The notes below the pieces were generated by a model. That model ran no database searches and was not told the origin of the DNA. It worked only from the letters and a program-made list of their open reading frames with translations. Of a stretch of 63,660 nucleotides of DNA, positions 8,219-17,642 are shown piece by piece. Position numbers and translations under genes: made by a program. The DNA comes from an uncultured archaeon (GTDB lineage Archaea; Asgardarchaeota; Lokiarchaeia; Sigyniarchaeales; SOKP01). The stretch is taken from positions 1 through 63,660 of the forward strand of contig CAZDTP010000019.1 of assembly GCA_964508365.1 (NCBI GenBank), read 5' to 3'. Each line of letters opens with the position of its first letter. Positions within the stretch are counted from its first letter, which is position 1.

Positions 8219-9595
8219 GTGATAATAGTGGTTGATTTTAGTAAAATTATTGATTATTTCAAGAGTACATCTATTCCTCAAAATATGTTGAACAGAGGCC
8301 AATTAGTCTTCAACAATTTTTTGAAACCTATACAAAACTTGTTTGAACAAAAAAATGTCCCTCAAAAACCTTGGAGCGAAAGTCAAATCGAATATTTACT
8401 CCAAACTCTTTCTAATATGGACACTGATAAAGATGATAAAGCGTCTCGTGTAGGAGAGCGTGAAGCTCGAATCGCATCGAGTTTACACTTGAAAACTTCG
8501 GCAGGATTCTGTCATGGTGTAGGGCGAAGTGGTTTCTTAACAGCCCCACAACCTAAAGCTCCTGGTGGATCGATAATGTACGAGCTTAGTAATTATTTAG
8601 CTCTTAATTTTCTAAAAAAATTTGGTTTACCAAATGTTAAGAAGGCTATAGTAGTCCCACTGTGTACGGGTATGTCTTTATCGTTATGCTTAGGAGCTCT
8701 CCGTCCAGATTGGAATAATGACAAACTGCTCAACAAGAGAACTGTTATTGTGCCGCAGATTGATCATAACGCACTTATCAAAGCGTTTAGTCTAATTGGT
8801 GCTAAAATGAAAATTGTAAAGGGCAAAAAGTTTGGAGATGCTGTGAGAATCCCAATTGAGGATATTAAAACCAGTTTAGACGACGATTGCTTTGCGGTGT
8901 TATCGTTGACGAGTTTTTTCCCTCCTCGAGAACACGATAATATAAAAGAGATTAGTAAATTTGCCAAAAAACATGATTTAGTTCATATTGTCATCAATGC
9001 TTATGGCGTACAGAGCCCTGAGTGGATGAACTTAATCCGAGTTGGTCTTGATGCAGGCCGAATAGACGCAATTATTCAATCAACAGATAAGAATTTCTTG
9101 ACACCTATAGGTGGTGCTGTTATAGCATCTCCATCCGAAGAGGTTATAACCAAAATAAGCCAAGCATACGCCGGCCGCGCCTCAGCGACCCCAATTGTGA
9201 ACTTTCTGATTTCAATGTTATCTTTAGGCATCGAGGGTTATCAGCAATTATTAGATGAACAACAAAAAAATCGAAAGCTATTAGAAGAAAAATTAAAGAT
9301 TGTTGCTGAAAAAAATAAGGAAAAAATATTTGAAGTTTTTAATCCTGTAGCTGTTGCCATGTCTTTAAATAATTTAAAAAAAGAGCAACTATATGCGCTT
9401 GGTGGTGCTCTCTATAACTTAAGGGTTACCGGACCGCGAGTATATAACCCCGAGGAAAAGATATTTGGTACTTGTTGTGCAGAATTTACTACGCCATATA
9501 TAGTTTTAAACTCAGCAATAGGAATTAACTCTAACGATATCATTTCAGCTGTAGAGAGATTCGAAAAAGCTTATGATCAAATAACTTCCAGTTGA
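8219..9595 (+). CDS. spcS: O-phosphoseryl-tRNA(Sec) selenium transferase (SepSecS)
   Basis: VGEREARI, HGVGRSG...PQPKAPG and the PLP-lysine motif QSTDKNFLTPIGG. Confidence 0.95.
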   Translation: MIIVVDFSKIIDYFKSTSIPQNMLNRGQLVFNNFLKPIQNLFEQKNVPQKPWSESQIEYLLQTLSNMDTDKDDKASRVGEREARIASSLHLKTSAGFCHGVGRSGFLTAPQPKAPGGSIMYELSNYLALNFLKKFGLPNVKKAIVVPLCTGMSLSLCLGALRPDWNNDKLLNKRTVIVPQIDHNALIKAFSLIGAKMKIVKGKKFGDAVRIPIEDIKTSLDDDCFAVLSLTSFFPPREHDNIKEISKFAKKHDLVHIVINAYGVQSPEWMNLIRVGLDAGRIDAIIQSTDKNFLTPIGGAVIASPSEEVITKISQAYAGRASATPIVNFLISMLSLGIEGYQQLLDEQQKNRKLLEEKLKIVAEKNKEKIFEVFNPVAVAMSLNNLKKEQLYALGGALYNLRVTGPRVYNPEEKIFGTCCAEFTTPYIVLNSAIGINSNDIISAVERFEKAYDQITSS

Positions 9596-9694
9596 TTTTC
9601 TCGCCTTAACCTTAATTTTTATTCTAACATAAATAAAAATAAATAAAAATTAATAGAACTATATTATAATAAATATCAAGGGTTTGAATATAAT

Positions 9695-10375
9695 TTGGAA
9701 AATATACTTCTAAATCAGTTTAATTCCGTTATAACCTCTCAGTGGCCTTTTACGCAAATTGAGGAGAGCTACGATAATTTGACACAACGAGAACTCTTTG
9801 AACTAGCGTATCACACTTGTAATTCTGTAAAAATGAGAGGTATTCTAATAAAACTAGCCCCTTCTGAGAATAAAGGCGGTTCTCAAGCGGTGCTCTATTC
9901 TAATACCAAGAAATTTATAAATATCGAAGCTCTTGAGAATACCTTAAGAATTACAAAATATTTCCCCAAAGGAAGCACTGGAGATAAATTGAATACCGAA
10001 ATACACCCAAAACTAAAAACAAGAAAAGTTAAATTCGCTTCTATGGATGGTGTGATGAAAACTTATCTCCTTAAAACAATACTAGTAGAACGAAAACTGG
10101 ACGAGTGTTCAAATTTCGTAGTTTTAAAAGATATTAATCGTAAAGTCTATTTCGCTATCGGTGATGCACGGGAGAGTGCTGCTGTCGTACCAATTTTCAT
10201 GGAAGCAGAAGGAGCAAGTTTGGTTCAGTTAGCTCTAAATAAATGGATGAGCACCGTTCAAACATTCGATCAAGAAAAACCATTTCCTGATAACTCTATT
10301 GCAGGATTGCTCAAAAATCTAATGCAAATCAAAAAATGGGTTCTCAATTTAGTCTCCACGAACTTAGATAAATAA
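9695..10375 (+). CDS. Hypothetical protein
   Basis: 226-aa ORF with TTG start; no recognisable motif. Confidence 0.7.
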   Translation: MENILLNQFNSVITSQWPFTQIEESYDNLTQRELFELAYHTCNSVKMRGILIKLAPSENKGGSQAVLYSNTKKFINIEALENTLRITKYFPKGSTGDKLNTEIHPKLKTRKVKFASMDGVMKTYLLKTILVERKLDECSNFVVLKDINRKVYFAIGDARESAAVVPIFMEAEGASLVQLALNKWMSTVQTFDQEKPFPDNSIAGLLKNLMQIKKWVLNLVSTNLDK

Positions 10376-10472
10376 TTTTTTAAATCTTCCTTCTGAAGTT
10401 TTTTACATTACTATTTATAATTTAAGATAAATATATTATTAGTAATCTCAAAAGTGAATTTGTGATTTAACT

Positions 10473-11360
10473 ATGGTTATCATCAACACAGAAGGAAAGT
10501 TTAATGAAAATACATATCTTATCGATGCTGAACTATATAAACTTAAAGGTAGTCTCGCAATCTATGTAATAGAAAATAATGGTATGCGTGTAATGGTAGA
10601 TTCTCCCTCTGAATTAGGGGTTCGAAAATTCATTAAAAAACTCAAACAACAAGGACTTTATCCGATTCATAAGATACTCTTAACTCATTCTCATTTTGAC
10701 CATGTTCAAGGCGTAGAAAAGTTAAAAAAATTGATGCCAGAATTTAATCCTGAAGTTCTAGCTTCAGAGAAAGCTATAGATAATTTAAAGAATCCAGATA
10801 AGATGAATAAGGTTTTTGGCTACAATGTACCAATTATTGAGAATGTAACCCCACTAAAAGAAGGAGATATTATAGATATTAATGGATTGAAGTTAGAAAC
10901 TCTAAACTTTTTCGGTCATACCCAAGATTGCATAGCATTTTTAGACAATAAAAATAAAAATATCTTCGTAGGAGATGCGATAATTGATAGATTTGATCTT
11001 GATACTTTTATCCCAGAATTTGCCCCTCCCGACTTTATTGAATCCGAACTTTTAAAAACCTTCGAAAAGTTAAGAAATTTGAAAACTAAAATTAATTCGA
11101 TAAGTTTACCTCACTTTGGAGTATGGAAAGACGAACATTTCGAGGAGACTCTAGACATAATGGAGAACTATCACTTTGAAACTAAAAATTCAATTATAAA
11201 ATGGTATAATGAAAATCCCTCTTTAAAATATATAACCCTAAAATACCATGAAAAATTTACTCCAAATTCTAAAATCCATACTAAAGAAAATATTCACGGA
11301 TTGGAGCTATTAATTGAATGGCAAATAATACAATTGAAAATGAGTGGTTATATAACATAA
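10473..11360 (+). CDS. MBL-fold metallo-hydrolase
   Basis: THSHFDH, GHT, FVGD and PHFG motifs. Confidence 0.92.
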   Translation: MVIINTEGKFNENTYLIDAELYKLKGSLAIYVIENNGMRVMVDSPSELGVRKFIKKLKQQGLYPIHKILLTHSHFDHVQGVEKLKKLMPEFNPEVLASEKAIDNLKNPDKMNKVFGYNVPIIENVTPLKEGDIIDINGLKLETLNFFGHTQDCIAFLDNKNKNIFVGDAIIDRFDLDTFIPEFAPPDFIESELLKTFEKLRNLKTKINSISLPHFGVWKDEHFEETLDIMENYHFETKNSIIKWYNENPSLKYITLKYHEKFTPNSKIHTKENIHGLELLIEWQIIQLKMSGYIT

Positions 11361-11404
11361 ATAAGTTTACCTCACTTTGGAGTATGGAAAGACGAACATT
11401 TCGA
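11100..11404 (+). repeat. Exact 44-bp direct repeat (11100-11143 and 11361-11404), the second copy followed by 48 bp of diverged allele sequence
   Basis: ataagtttacctcactttggagtatggaaagacgaacatttcga occurs inside the MBL gene and again immediately after its stop codon, in the same frame. Confidence 0.9.
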
Positions 11405-11583
11405 TTTAATTGTAAATAAAATGGAAGATGTTCATTTTAAGACTAAAAATTCTTAAGCAAATATATTAGGTAATGTTTCTCAATTTTTCTTCGAACCTTT
11501 ACGATTGAGAGAATTTTCGATAAAAATTTAATTACTAATGATTACTTAATAAATAAAATCCTAATGAAACCAATTGTTGGCTA

Positions 11584-14532
11584 ATGCTGAACTCAGAATT
11601 AATTGCTGAAAAATTAATCTTTTGTTCAGATTTGTTACTTTTAAAAACTCGAGAGAAGAGATATTCTCTCATAGAAAATAACCCCAAAATGGCAAAAGAT
11701 GTAAAGGAGGATCTTATTCTTTCTAATCTTTACGCTCTTCGAATGAATGTTGATGTTGCATTTAAAGGAGAAATGTTTAAACGGTTATATTCTGAAATAA
11801 TAGAAGGGTTCTCTATAAACCAATGTAAGAATCTAATTATTGGGTTAATAGATGAATTAGAACGATCTGCAGACGCTCTGTTAAATGTATTTTCATGTGA
11901 ATCACTTAAAAAACCCCTAATATCGCTTGAACCCATTAGTAATTATATAAACAGAATTTTAACAGGAGAACATTTAATTAATCTAGATGAAAACAGTCAA
12001 ATGGCAAATGGAAGTCTTAACTTCTTTAAAAAAATTAAATCCACCATCAACAAGGATACTGTGCTCTCTCGTGCTTTGGATGACCTTATTCTTGAATATG
12101 AAACAGGAACTTTTTTTCCGAGATATTTCAAACCCGGAAAAATAGAGGCTTACATGGGCTATAATTTTAACCCATATTTCATTTCTCAATTAGAATATCG
12201 ATTAGAACATATCGAAAATGTTAAAATCCTTTTAGTTAACCTCTTACAATTAACTCCAGAATATTATTTCCTAGAGAATAAGTTGACAGACTTAATTCAT
12301 AAGAGTTTAATTGAGTTATTTGAATTTGAAGATCCTCTTTTAGCTTCTGAGGTATCAGTATTAACCATTCATTTTATGACTGTTTTATCTGCAATTCTTT
12401 TTAATAATATGAAAACTGATGAAAAACTTGAACTTCTTCGAACAAGGTATACTTTTACTCTCACTATAGAAGATTTAAAGAATATTTGTGATAACCTCGA
12501 GGAATTTATAAATTTAACCCCTAATTATCGATCCTCAAATGAGAGAAGAACTGATTCAAGCATATCTAAACTCAAGTTATCACCTCCACTTTCATACTTA
12601 TGGAATATGGCAAAAATCTTATCGATTTTTAATATACACTCCCTTCTCATTCCAATATACAAATTCATTAATATTGAAGCTGAAGAAAAATTTCCGAAAA
12701 TTATTGCTCAGGATAATGTCGCTACAGCATTGCGAGATTTAGGTAAATACCAGGAAGCTATAGATGCCTATCAACAAACAGAAGACTTTTATCAAGAAAC
12801 AGAAGAGTATTATCATTTATTTTTAGTAAGAAAAAACATTGCGTTCTGTTATTTCCGTTTGGGAAATGTTCAGAAATCAGAAGAGATCTTCTCAAAACTC
12901 GAGGAAGATATTTCCGTGTATTCTAAAGAAGAGTTAATAAGCGTCTATATTAATTTTGCAGCAAGATATCGTCTTCTCAATCAATTTGATAAAGAAGAAT
13001 TTTTTATTAATAAAGTTTTCAAAATCATTAAACAAGACCATCCCCATTATTACGATATTCAGGCTAGATCTAATGAACTAGAAAAGCATATTGATTTTAA
13101 AACTGGTAAACTCGATTTTATGGCTCTTAAAAAGCTAGAAAGGGATAGAGATAAAAGTAACTACTTACGTATCGCTTATACCTTTTTGAATAGTAATCTT
13201 CTCGATTTATGTGAAATTTACCTTGAAAGAGCTTTTGAATCAGTCCAGAAAAATGAGGAATATTGGAAGGTAAAAAGTAATGTTAACATACTAACCGAAA
13301 GATGGGATGATTTAAAACAAACAAGTATGGAAGCACTCAAAATAAGTCCAGACGATCCTTTAGCGAATTTATATCTTTGTGTGCACTTCATACATAAAAA
13401 AGATATAGATAACACGGTAAAACAACTATTAAAGCTTTCTAAGGAAACACATATAAATGGTACTCCTGATCTTTTAGCTGGAGTATCAATTATAAGGGCA
13501 TTTCACTTTATAATCCGTGCATTTTCAAAAGAGGAATTTAAATCTTTTATTGATATACTTCTAACAAAAACAGATGATTCTAATTCTAAAGTTAAGAATT
13601 TACTTTTACTTTTTGGAGATATATTGACAAATATTAGCAACAAAGAACTCTCGGGGTATATCTTTAAAAAATTGGTGAATATTCTTCCCCAAAAGGATGG
13701 TAATTTGCTATATGGATCATGGTGTATCCAGTTTAATGATTTTAAAAATGCAGAACATTTCTACTTGGAAGCTCTTAAAATTACTCCAAGTGATCCTTTA
13801 ACTCTTGAATTAAATGCTCGTGTAAAATTTATTCTAAACGAATTTGGAAAGGGATTAAGCTACCTGGACAGAGCAGCCAAATTTGCTGATCAGTACGAGA
13901 AAAAGCGTATAGAGGAACTTAAGGAATATTATACCTTAATTCGAGATTCAAAACTCAGATATGAAAATATCCCATTTAAAGATTCGAAAGCAATCTTCAA
14001 AACTGTTGAATTCCAATTAAAAACGCTGGAACCTGCAGAAGATTTAGATTTCGGAAATATTTTAACTGAGGTATCGAAAGGATTGGAGACTATTCTGGCT
14101 AATACTATTGGAAGAGATATATATAAGTACATCGAAGCAGAATACATCCCAATTTCTATGGAATTAAGGCAGGGTAACGGAAAAGATATAAAAGGTCTAC
14201 ACATTTTAATGCAAAATTTTTTCGATGATCCACAGAATCACCATCCTACAATGGGAAATTGGAATTATATAATCGAAGGAATATTAAATGGATTGGATCC
14301 GAAAAATCCTATTATGAAGGCAATTTATGAATATGTGAAAAGATCAAATTATTTCGATCAATCTAAGTTAAAATTGATTTTTAAGATCGAAGGGATTTTT
14401 AGGAAGGATAGAAATTTAGGTACTCATAAGAGACTATACAATAAAAAAGAAGTTGAAAATATTATTAAAACGCTAATTCCCTTAATCAATGAACTAATAG
14501 AATACTTGAGTGATACTTGGAAAAACGGGTGA
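11584..14532 (+). CDS. Large TPR-repeat protein with a C-terminal HEPN-like domain
   Basis: TPR helices (NVATALRDLGKYQEAIDAY; NIAFCYFRLGNVQKSEEIF; AEHFYLEALKITPSDP); C-terminal EVSKGLE helix and R943-N-L-G-T-H948. Confidence 0.7.
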   Translation: MLNSELIAEKLIFCSDLLLLKTREKRYSLIENNPKMAKDVKEDLILSNLYALRMNVDVAFKGEMFKRLYSEIIEGFSINQCKNLIIGLIDELERSADALLNVFSCESLKKPLISLEPISNYINRILTGEHLINLDENSQMANGSLNFFKKIKSTINKDTVLSRALDDLILEYETGTFFPRYFKPGKIEAYMGYNFNPYFISQLEYRLEHIENVKILLVNLLQLTPEYYFLENKLTDLIHKSLIELFEFEDPLLASEVSVLTIHFMTVLSAILFNNMKTDEKLELLRTRYTFTLTIEDLKNICDNLEEFINLTPNYRSSNERRTDSSISKLKLSPPLSYLWNMAKILSIFNIHSLLIPIYKFINIEAEEKFPKIIAQDNVATALRDLGKYQEAIDAYQQTEDFYQETEEYYHLFLVRKNIAFCYFRLGNVQKSEEIFSKLEEDISVYSKEELISVYINFAARYRLLNQFDKEEFFINKVFKIIKQDHPHYYDIQARSNELEKHIDFKTGKLDFMALKKLERDRDKSNYLRIAYTFLNSNLLDLCEIYLERAFESVQKNEEYWKVKSNVNILTERWDDLKQTSMEALKISPDDPLANLYLCVHFIHKKDIDNTVKQLLKLSKETHINGTPDLLAGVSIIRAFHFIIRAFSKEEFKSFIDILLTKTDDSNSKVKNLLLLFGDILTNISNKELSGYIFKKLVNILPQKDGNLLYGSWCIQFNDFKNAEHFYLEALKITPSDPLTLELNARVKFILNEFGKGLSYLDRAAKFADQYEKKRIEELKEYYTLIRDSKLRYENIPFKDSKAIFKTVEFQLKTLEPAEDLDFGNILTEVSKGLETILANTIGRDIYKYIEAEYIPISMELRQGNGKDIKGLHILMQNFFDDPQNHHPTMGNWNYIIEGILNGLDPKNPIMKAIYEYVKRSNYFDQSKLKLIFKIEGIFRKDRNLGTHKRLYNKKEVENIIKTLIPLINELIEYLSDTWKNG

Positions 14533-14568
14533 ATAAATAGATTTTTAATTTTTTGGAAACTACTTTGT

Positions 14569-15483
14569 CTAGTATTTTGTCTTAATGATTTTTTTTCCCA
14601 ATTCTGTAAGACGGTACTTAAAGTGCTTATGATGGTTAGAATAATAGGGATTTATTTCTTTTTTCCGAGACAAAATCCCTCTCGTAAACAACCCTTTTAA
14701 ACTTTTATTTAGAAGGTTTTTGTTTATGGATGTCAGTTTTTTCAAATCTGTTAGAAATAACGAGTTTCTCTCTTGAAACAAATGTAAAATTTCTTTTTGA
14801 TTTTTTCCTAAATATATAGAAATAGCGTTCTTATTTAGTTCCCGGATATTTTTCACAGTGGAAGCTTTAAGGGAATTTAATATGGGAGCAAATTTCGGTT
14901 CCCGTTCTTTTTCGATAAGAGCGTGAACTCCTGCATCAGTTATAGAATAATAATATTGGGATGCATATAGATTTCTAGTATTACAATTTAACCGTTTTTG
15001 TCGAGAAACTAATCCACGGTTATATAGTGTTCTTAAACTTCCATTTAAGCTTGTTTTCCCCTTTTTAACGATACTAAGTAAACCTGTAAGAAACATACCT
15101 CCATTTTTTCTTAACAAGAATAAAATTTGAAATTGAGTAACCCCCAATCTACTTTTGTAGTATTTTTCGAGACCATTTACCATCTTTTTTCTTATAGATT
15201 CGTCCAACCAAAAAGATTTCGATATTTCTGACTGTCTTTTTTTAAATTCGGGGGTATTTCTTTGCTTAATGAAAGCTACCTTCTTATTTTCACACTTAAA
15301 GCGATTACAATTTGCTTCTGATCTGTTTCTCGTAGGTATCTTGTATTTCGTCATGAATCTCTGAACTTCAGAAACAGAAGCTCCTGTTACCCTAGCAATG
15401 TCATACATTGAATAAGCAGGATCACACTCCCAATACCAATGCTTAACGCTTTCAACTGTAAGTGAAGTATATTTGTATGTCAT
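14569..15483 (-). CDS. DNA-binding protein: N-terminal HTH, NUMOD3-like segment and two MarR-like winged helices
   Basis: SMYDIARVTGASVSEVQRFM; SLRTLYNRGLVSR...YYSITDAG; LKGLFTRGILSR...YRLTELG. Confidence 0.65.
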   Translation of the reverse strand: MTYKYTSLTVESVKHWYWECDPAYSMYDIARVTGASVSEVQRFMTKYKIPTRNRSEANCNRFKCENKKVAFIKQRNTPEFKKRQSEISKSFWLDESIRKKMVNGLEKYYKSRLGVTQFQILFLLRKNGGMFLTGLLSIVKKGKTSLNGSLRTLYNRGLVSRQKRLNCNTRNLYASQYYYSITDAGVHALIEKEREPKFAPILNSLKASTVKNIRELNKNAISIYLGKNQKEILHLFQERNSLFLTDLKKLTSINKNLLNKSLKGLFTRGILSRKKEINPYYSNHHKHFKYRLTELGKKIIKTKY

Positions 15484-15590
15484 GATAGCAAAAATATTTG
15501 CATTTAATCATTTTAAAACTAGAGTATTTAAAAGAAAAATAAATCGAGTCCAAGTATTTGTTGGAAACTACCAATAAATCAAATAGTATT

Positions 15591-15974
15591 TTATTCTATT
15601 CTTGATTTTGTATTCGAGTTTAAAAAGACCAATACTTCCCTGCTTAAATTATGGGCGTAGTTAAAAACGGGGGCAAAGCTCTCGTTAGTATTATAATCTA
15701 ACGATTTTATAAAACGATCTAATTTGGGAAAAATCTTATCGTAAGAGAGTGAACCGTATATACAACTCCCAAGCGTATCAAAAAATTCTTTTCCTGTATG
15801 AAATGTATTAAAAACAATCGACGAGCCTGTTGAACGATAGATCTTCACTAACTCCGTAAGAATTTTTCCCATGTACAACATGTAAAGCGAAAACTGTAGG
15901 TCACTTTTCTTATTTTTCATGTTCTTAACCTTTAATAAATTAAATATATCAAATACTATTTGCAATTCATTCAT
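15591..15974 (-). CDS. Hypothetical protein (overlaps the upstream ORF by 8 nt)
   Basis: 127-aa ORF; ATGAATGA overlap with the 352-aa gene. Confidence 0.6.
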   Translation of the reverse strand: MNELQIVFDIFNLLKVKNMKNKKSDLQFSLYMLYMGKILTELVKIYRSTGSSIVFNTFHTGKEFFDTLGSCIYGSLSYDKIFPKLDRFIKSLDYNTNESFAPVFNYAHNLSREVLVFLNSNTKSRIE

Positions 15975-17025
15975 TTAGAACAAACTTCGCTTGAGAAAGG
16001 GATGAAATAAAATCATGAATGTTATTCTCATCACCTGTTCCTGTAAAGAGCGTTATATTTCGAAAGCGAAATTCGTCGTGTAATAGATCGCTATAATACG
16101 GCTCTAATTTACTCCTAAAGAGGAAGAATGGGTCTCCGTAGGCTTCAACAATCTGCTCTTTGGTGAAAAATAAGTTTCGTTCTATAAATATGTTTTGTTT
16201 TTCTAAACGTTCCCAGTGACTTTTTCTCAGATTATAATGAGCTTTGTATCGTTCCCAAGGCACTGATGCAAACGCTTTGTCGGCATCATTTATCAAGACG
16301 GCGCCGTTTAGATGCCAATAATTCTTTGCAGATCCATAATGATCGGTAGCTCTGAGTAGGTTGAGAAATATTATTGGAATAAGCATTTTTTGTATATGTG
16401 GTTTACACCTTGAAAGATCAATCCAAATTTTCTGTTTTATTCTCCATAAAGCGATCCACTCAGGGATTTTTGACCCGATTCTTAAAGTTTGTTCTAACGC
16501 GTTATCGTTCTCGAATAAATCTTGAGCGTCTTTAATATTGTTTAAAAGACTGTTGGCGAATTCTTCACCGTATCTATGCTCTTGAAGAAAAGTTCGCATT
16601 AATTCCAAAAATCCTATAATGGAGGTAGGAAATCCCTTTTCCATGCAATTTTGATAAATTATTCCCATAATAACCCGCAATTCAGGATGAAAATTTAAAA
16701 CTGCATTAAAACATCTATTAAAAACGTCATATAATCTATCCCCTAACTCAAGGTAGTAGGGAACGTTAAATTCCGAAGAACCGTAAGTAAACTTTTCGGT
16801 GAATATTTCATGGCACTCAACATCTGGATTTAAGTTAATATAGATAGCGTTAAAAGGGGGTAAACGCTCCTCCATTTGTGCTAATAAATTTACCATTAAA
16901 TCCAATCGATCTTTGCTGTTTTCTGACTCTATAAGCACATTTTTAAGAATTTTGTGACTTGTCACCGGTTCATAAGGCCTTCCGCAAAGTTTCCATACTG
17001 ATCCCACACTAAATGTAATTTCCAT
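15967..17025 (-). CDS. Degenerate HerA/VirB4-like P-loop ATPase homologue
   Basis: The KNVLIESENSKDR segment sits where Walker A is expected; IWIDLS strand; AVLINDADKAF sits at the Walker B position. Confidence 0.4.
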   Translation of the reverse strand: MEITFSVGSVWKLCGRPYEPVTSHKILKNVLIESENSKDRLDLMVNLLAQMEERLPPFNAIYINLNPDVECHEIFTEKFTYGSSEFNVPYYLELGDRLYDVFNRCFNAVLNFHPELRVIMGIIYQNCMEKGFPTSIIGFLELMRTFLQEHRYGEEFANSLLNNIKDAQDLFENDNALEQTLRIGSKIPEWIALWRIKQKIWIDLSRCKPHIQKMLIPIIFLNLLRATDHYGSAKNYWHLNGAVLINDADKAFASVPWERYKAHYNLRKSHWERLEKQNIFIERNLFFTKEQIVEAYGDPFFLFRSKLEPYYSDLLHDEFRFRNITLFTGTGDENNIHDFISSLSQAKFVLNE

Positions 17026-17261
17026 TTTGATTTCTCACAATATCTTTCTTTCTTTATAGTTAATAACTAAACCTATTTAAAGAAAAAATTGAGATTAGTT
17101 AAAAAATTCAGTGATGGTAAGGTCATTGGATCACAATTTGTTTCCAATATCTTGAAATCTATAATTTTCCATTCGAAATAAAAGAGCCAACCTTAATTTT
17201 TTTCTTTAAAAGGCTTTTTGTTAAGGAAAGATTTATTAGGAGCTTTCCCATTAATTTAATT

Positions 17262-17642
17262 ATGCTATTAACCAAATTAATAGGGAGAAACGCTCCCATA
17301 AAGATAGAACAATCCACTCTAAATAAATTTTTCCCAAAATTACTCAAACCTAAAGAACATAGCTTGATAAGAAGATTAAAGCAGATTAACAGTCCCTCAG
17401 TCAATGAAAGGTATATTTTAAGAATGAAACATGATGGTACGATTTATATTAAAGAAGAATATTGCCTTGATTGCGGGAGGCGCATAATCAAGAGTGGATA
17501 TAATCGTAGAATAGCGATTTTAGCTGACGGGCTTGGAAAGCACGAGTTTCGCATTCACAGGAAGCGTTACCCTTTTTGCGGAAAAATCAAACCTGATGTT
17601 TTGAAGTACACATTGAAAAATATCGCTCTATTGAGGACTTGA
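17262..17642 (+). pseudogene. Truncated transposase N-terminus (zinc-ribbon part only)
   Basis: CLDCG..IIKSGYNRR..IL.DGLGK....HRKRYPFCG resembles IS N-terminal zinc ribbons; second CxxC is degenerate; no DDE domain. Confidence 0.55.

Noticed and set aside
11100-11455. Template/variable repeat pair of a diversity-generating retroelement
   Set aside because: Mismatches between the copies involve G, C and T as well as A, and there is no reverse transcriptase in the window.
11455-11583. attL duplicate of the tRNA-Ile 3' end
   Set aside because: Only a GGTTCGAA-like 8-mer on the minus strand, without T-stem or acceptor sequence; not a credible att site.
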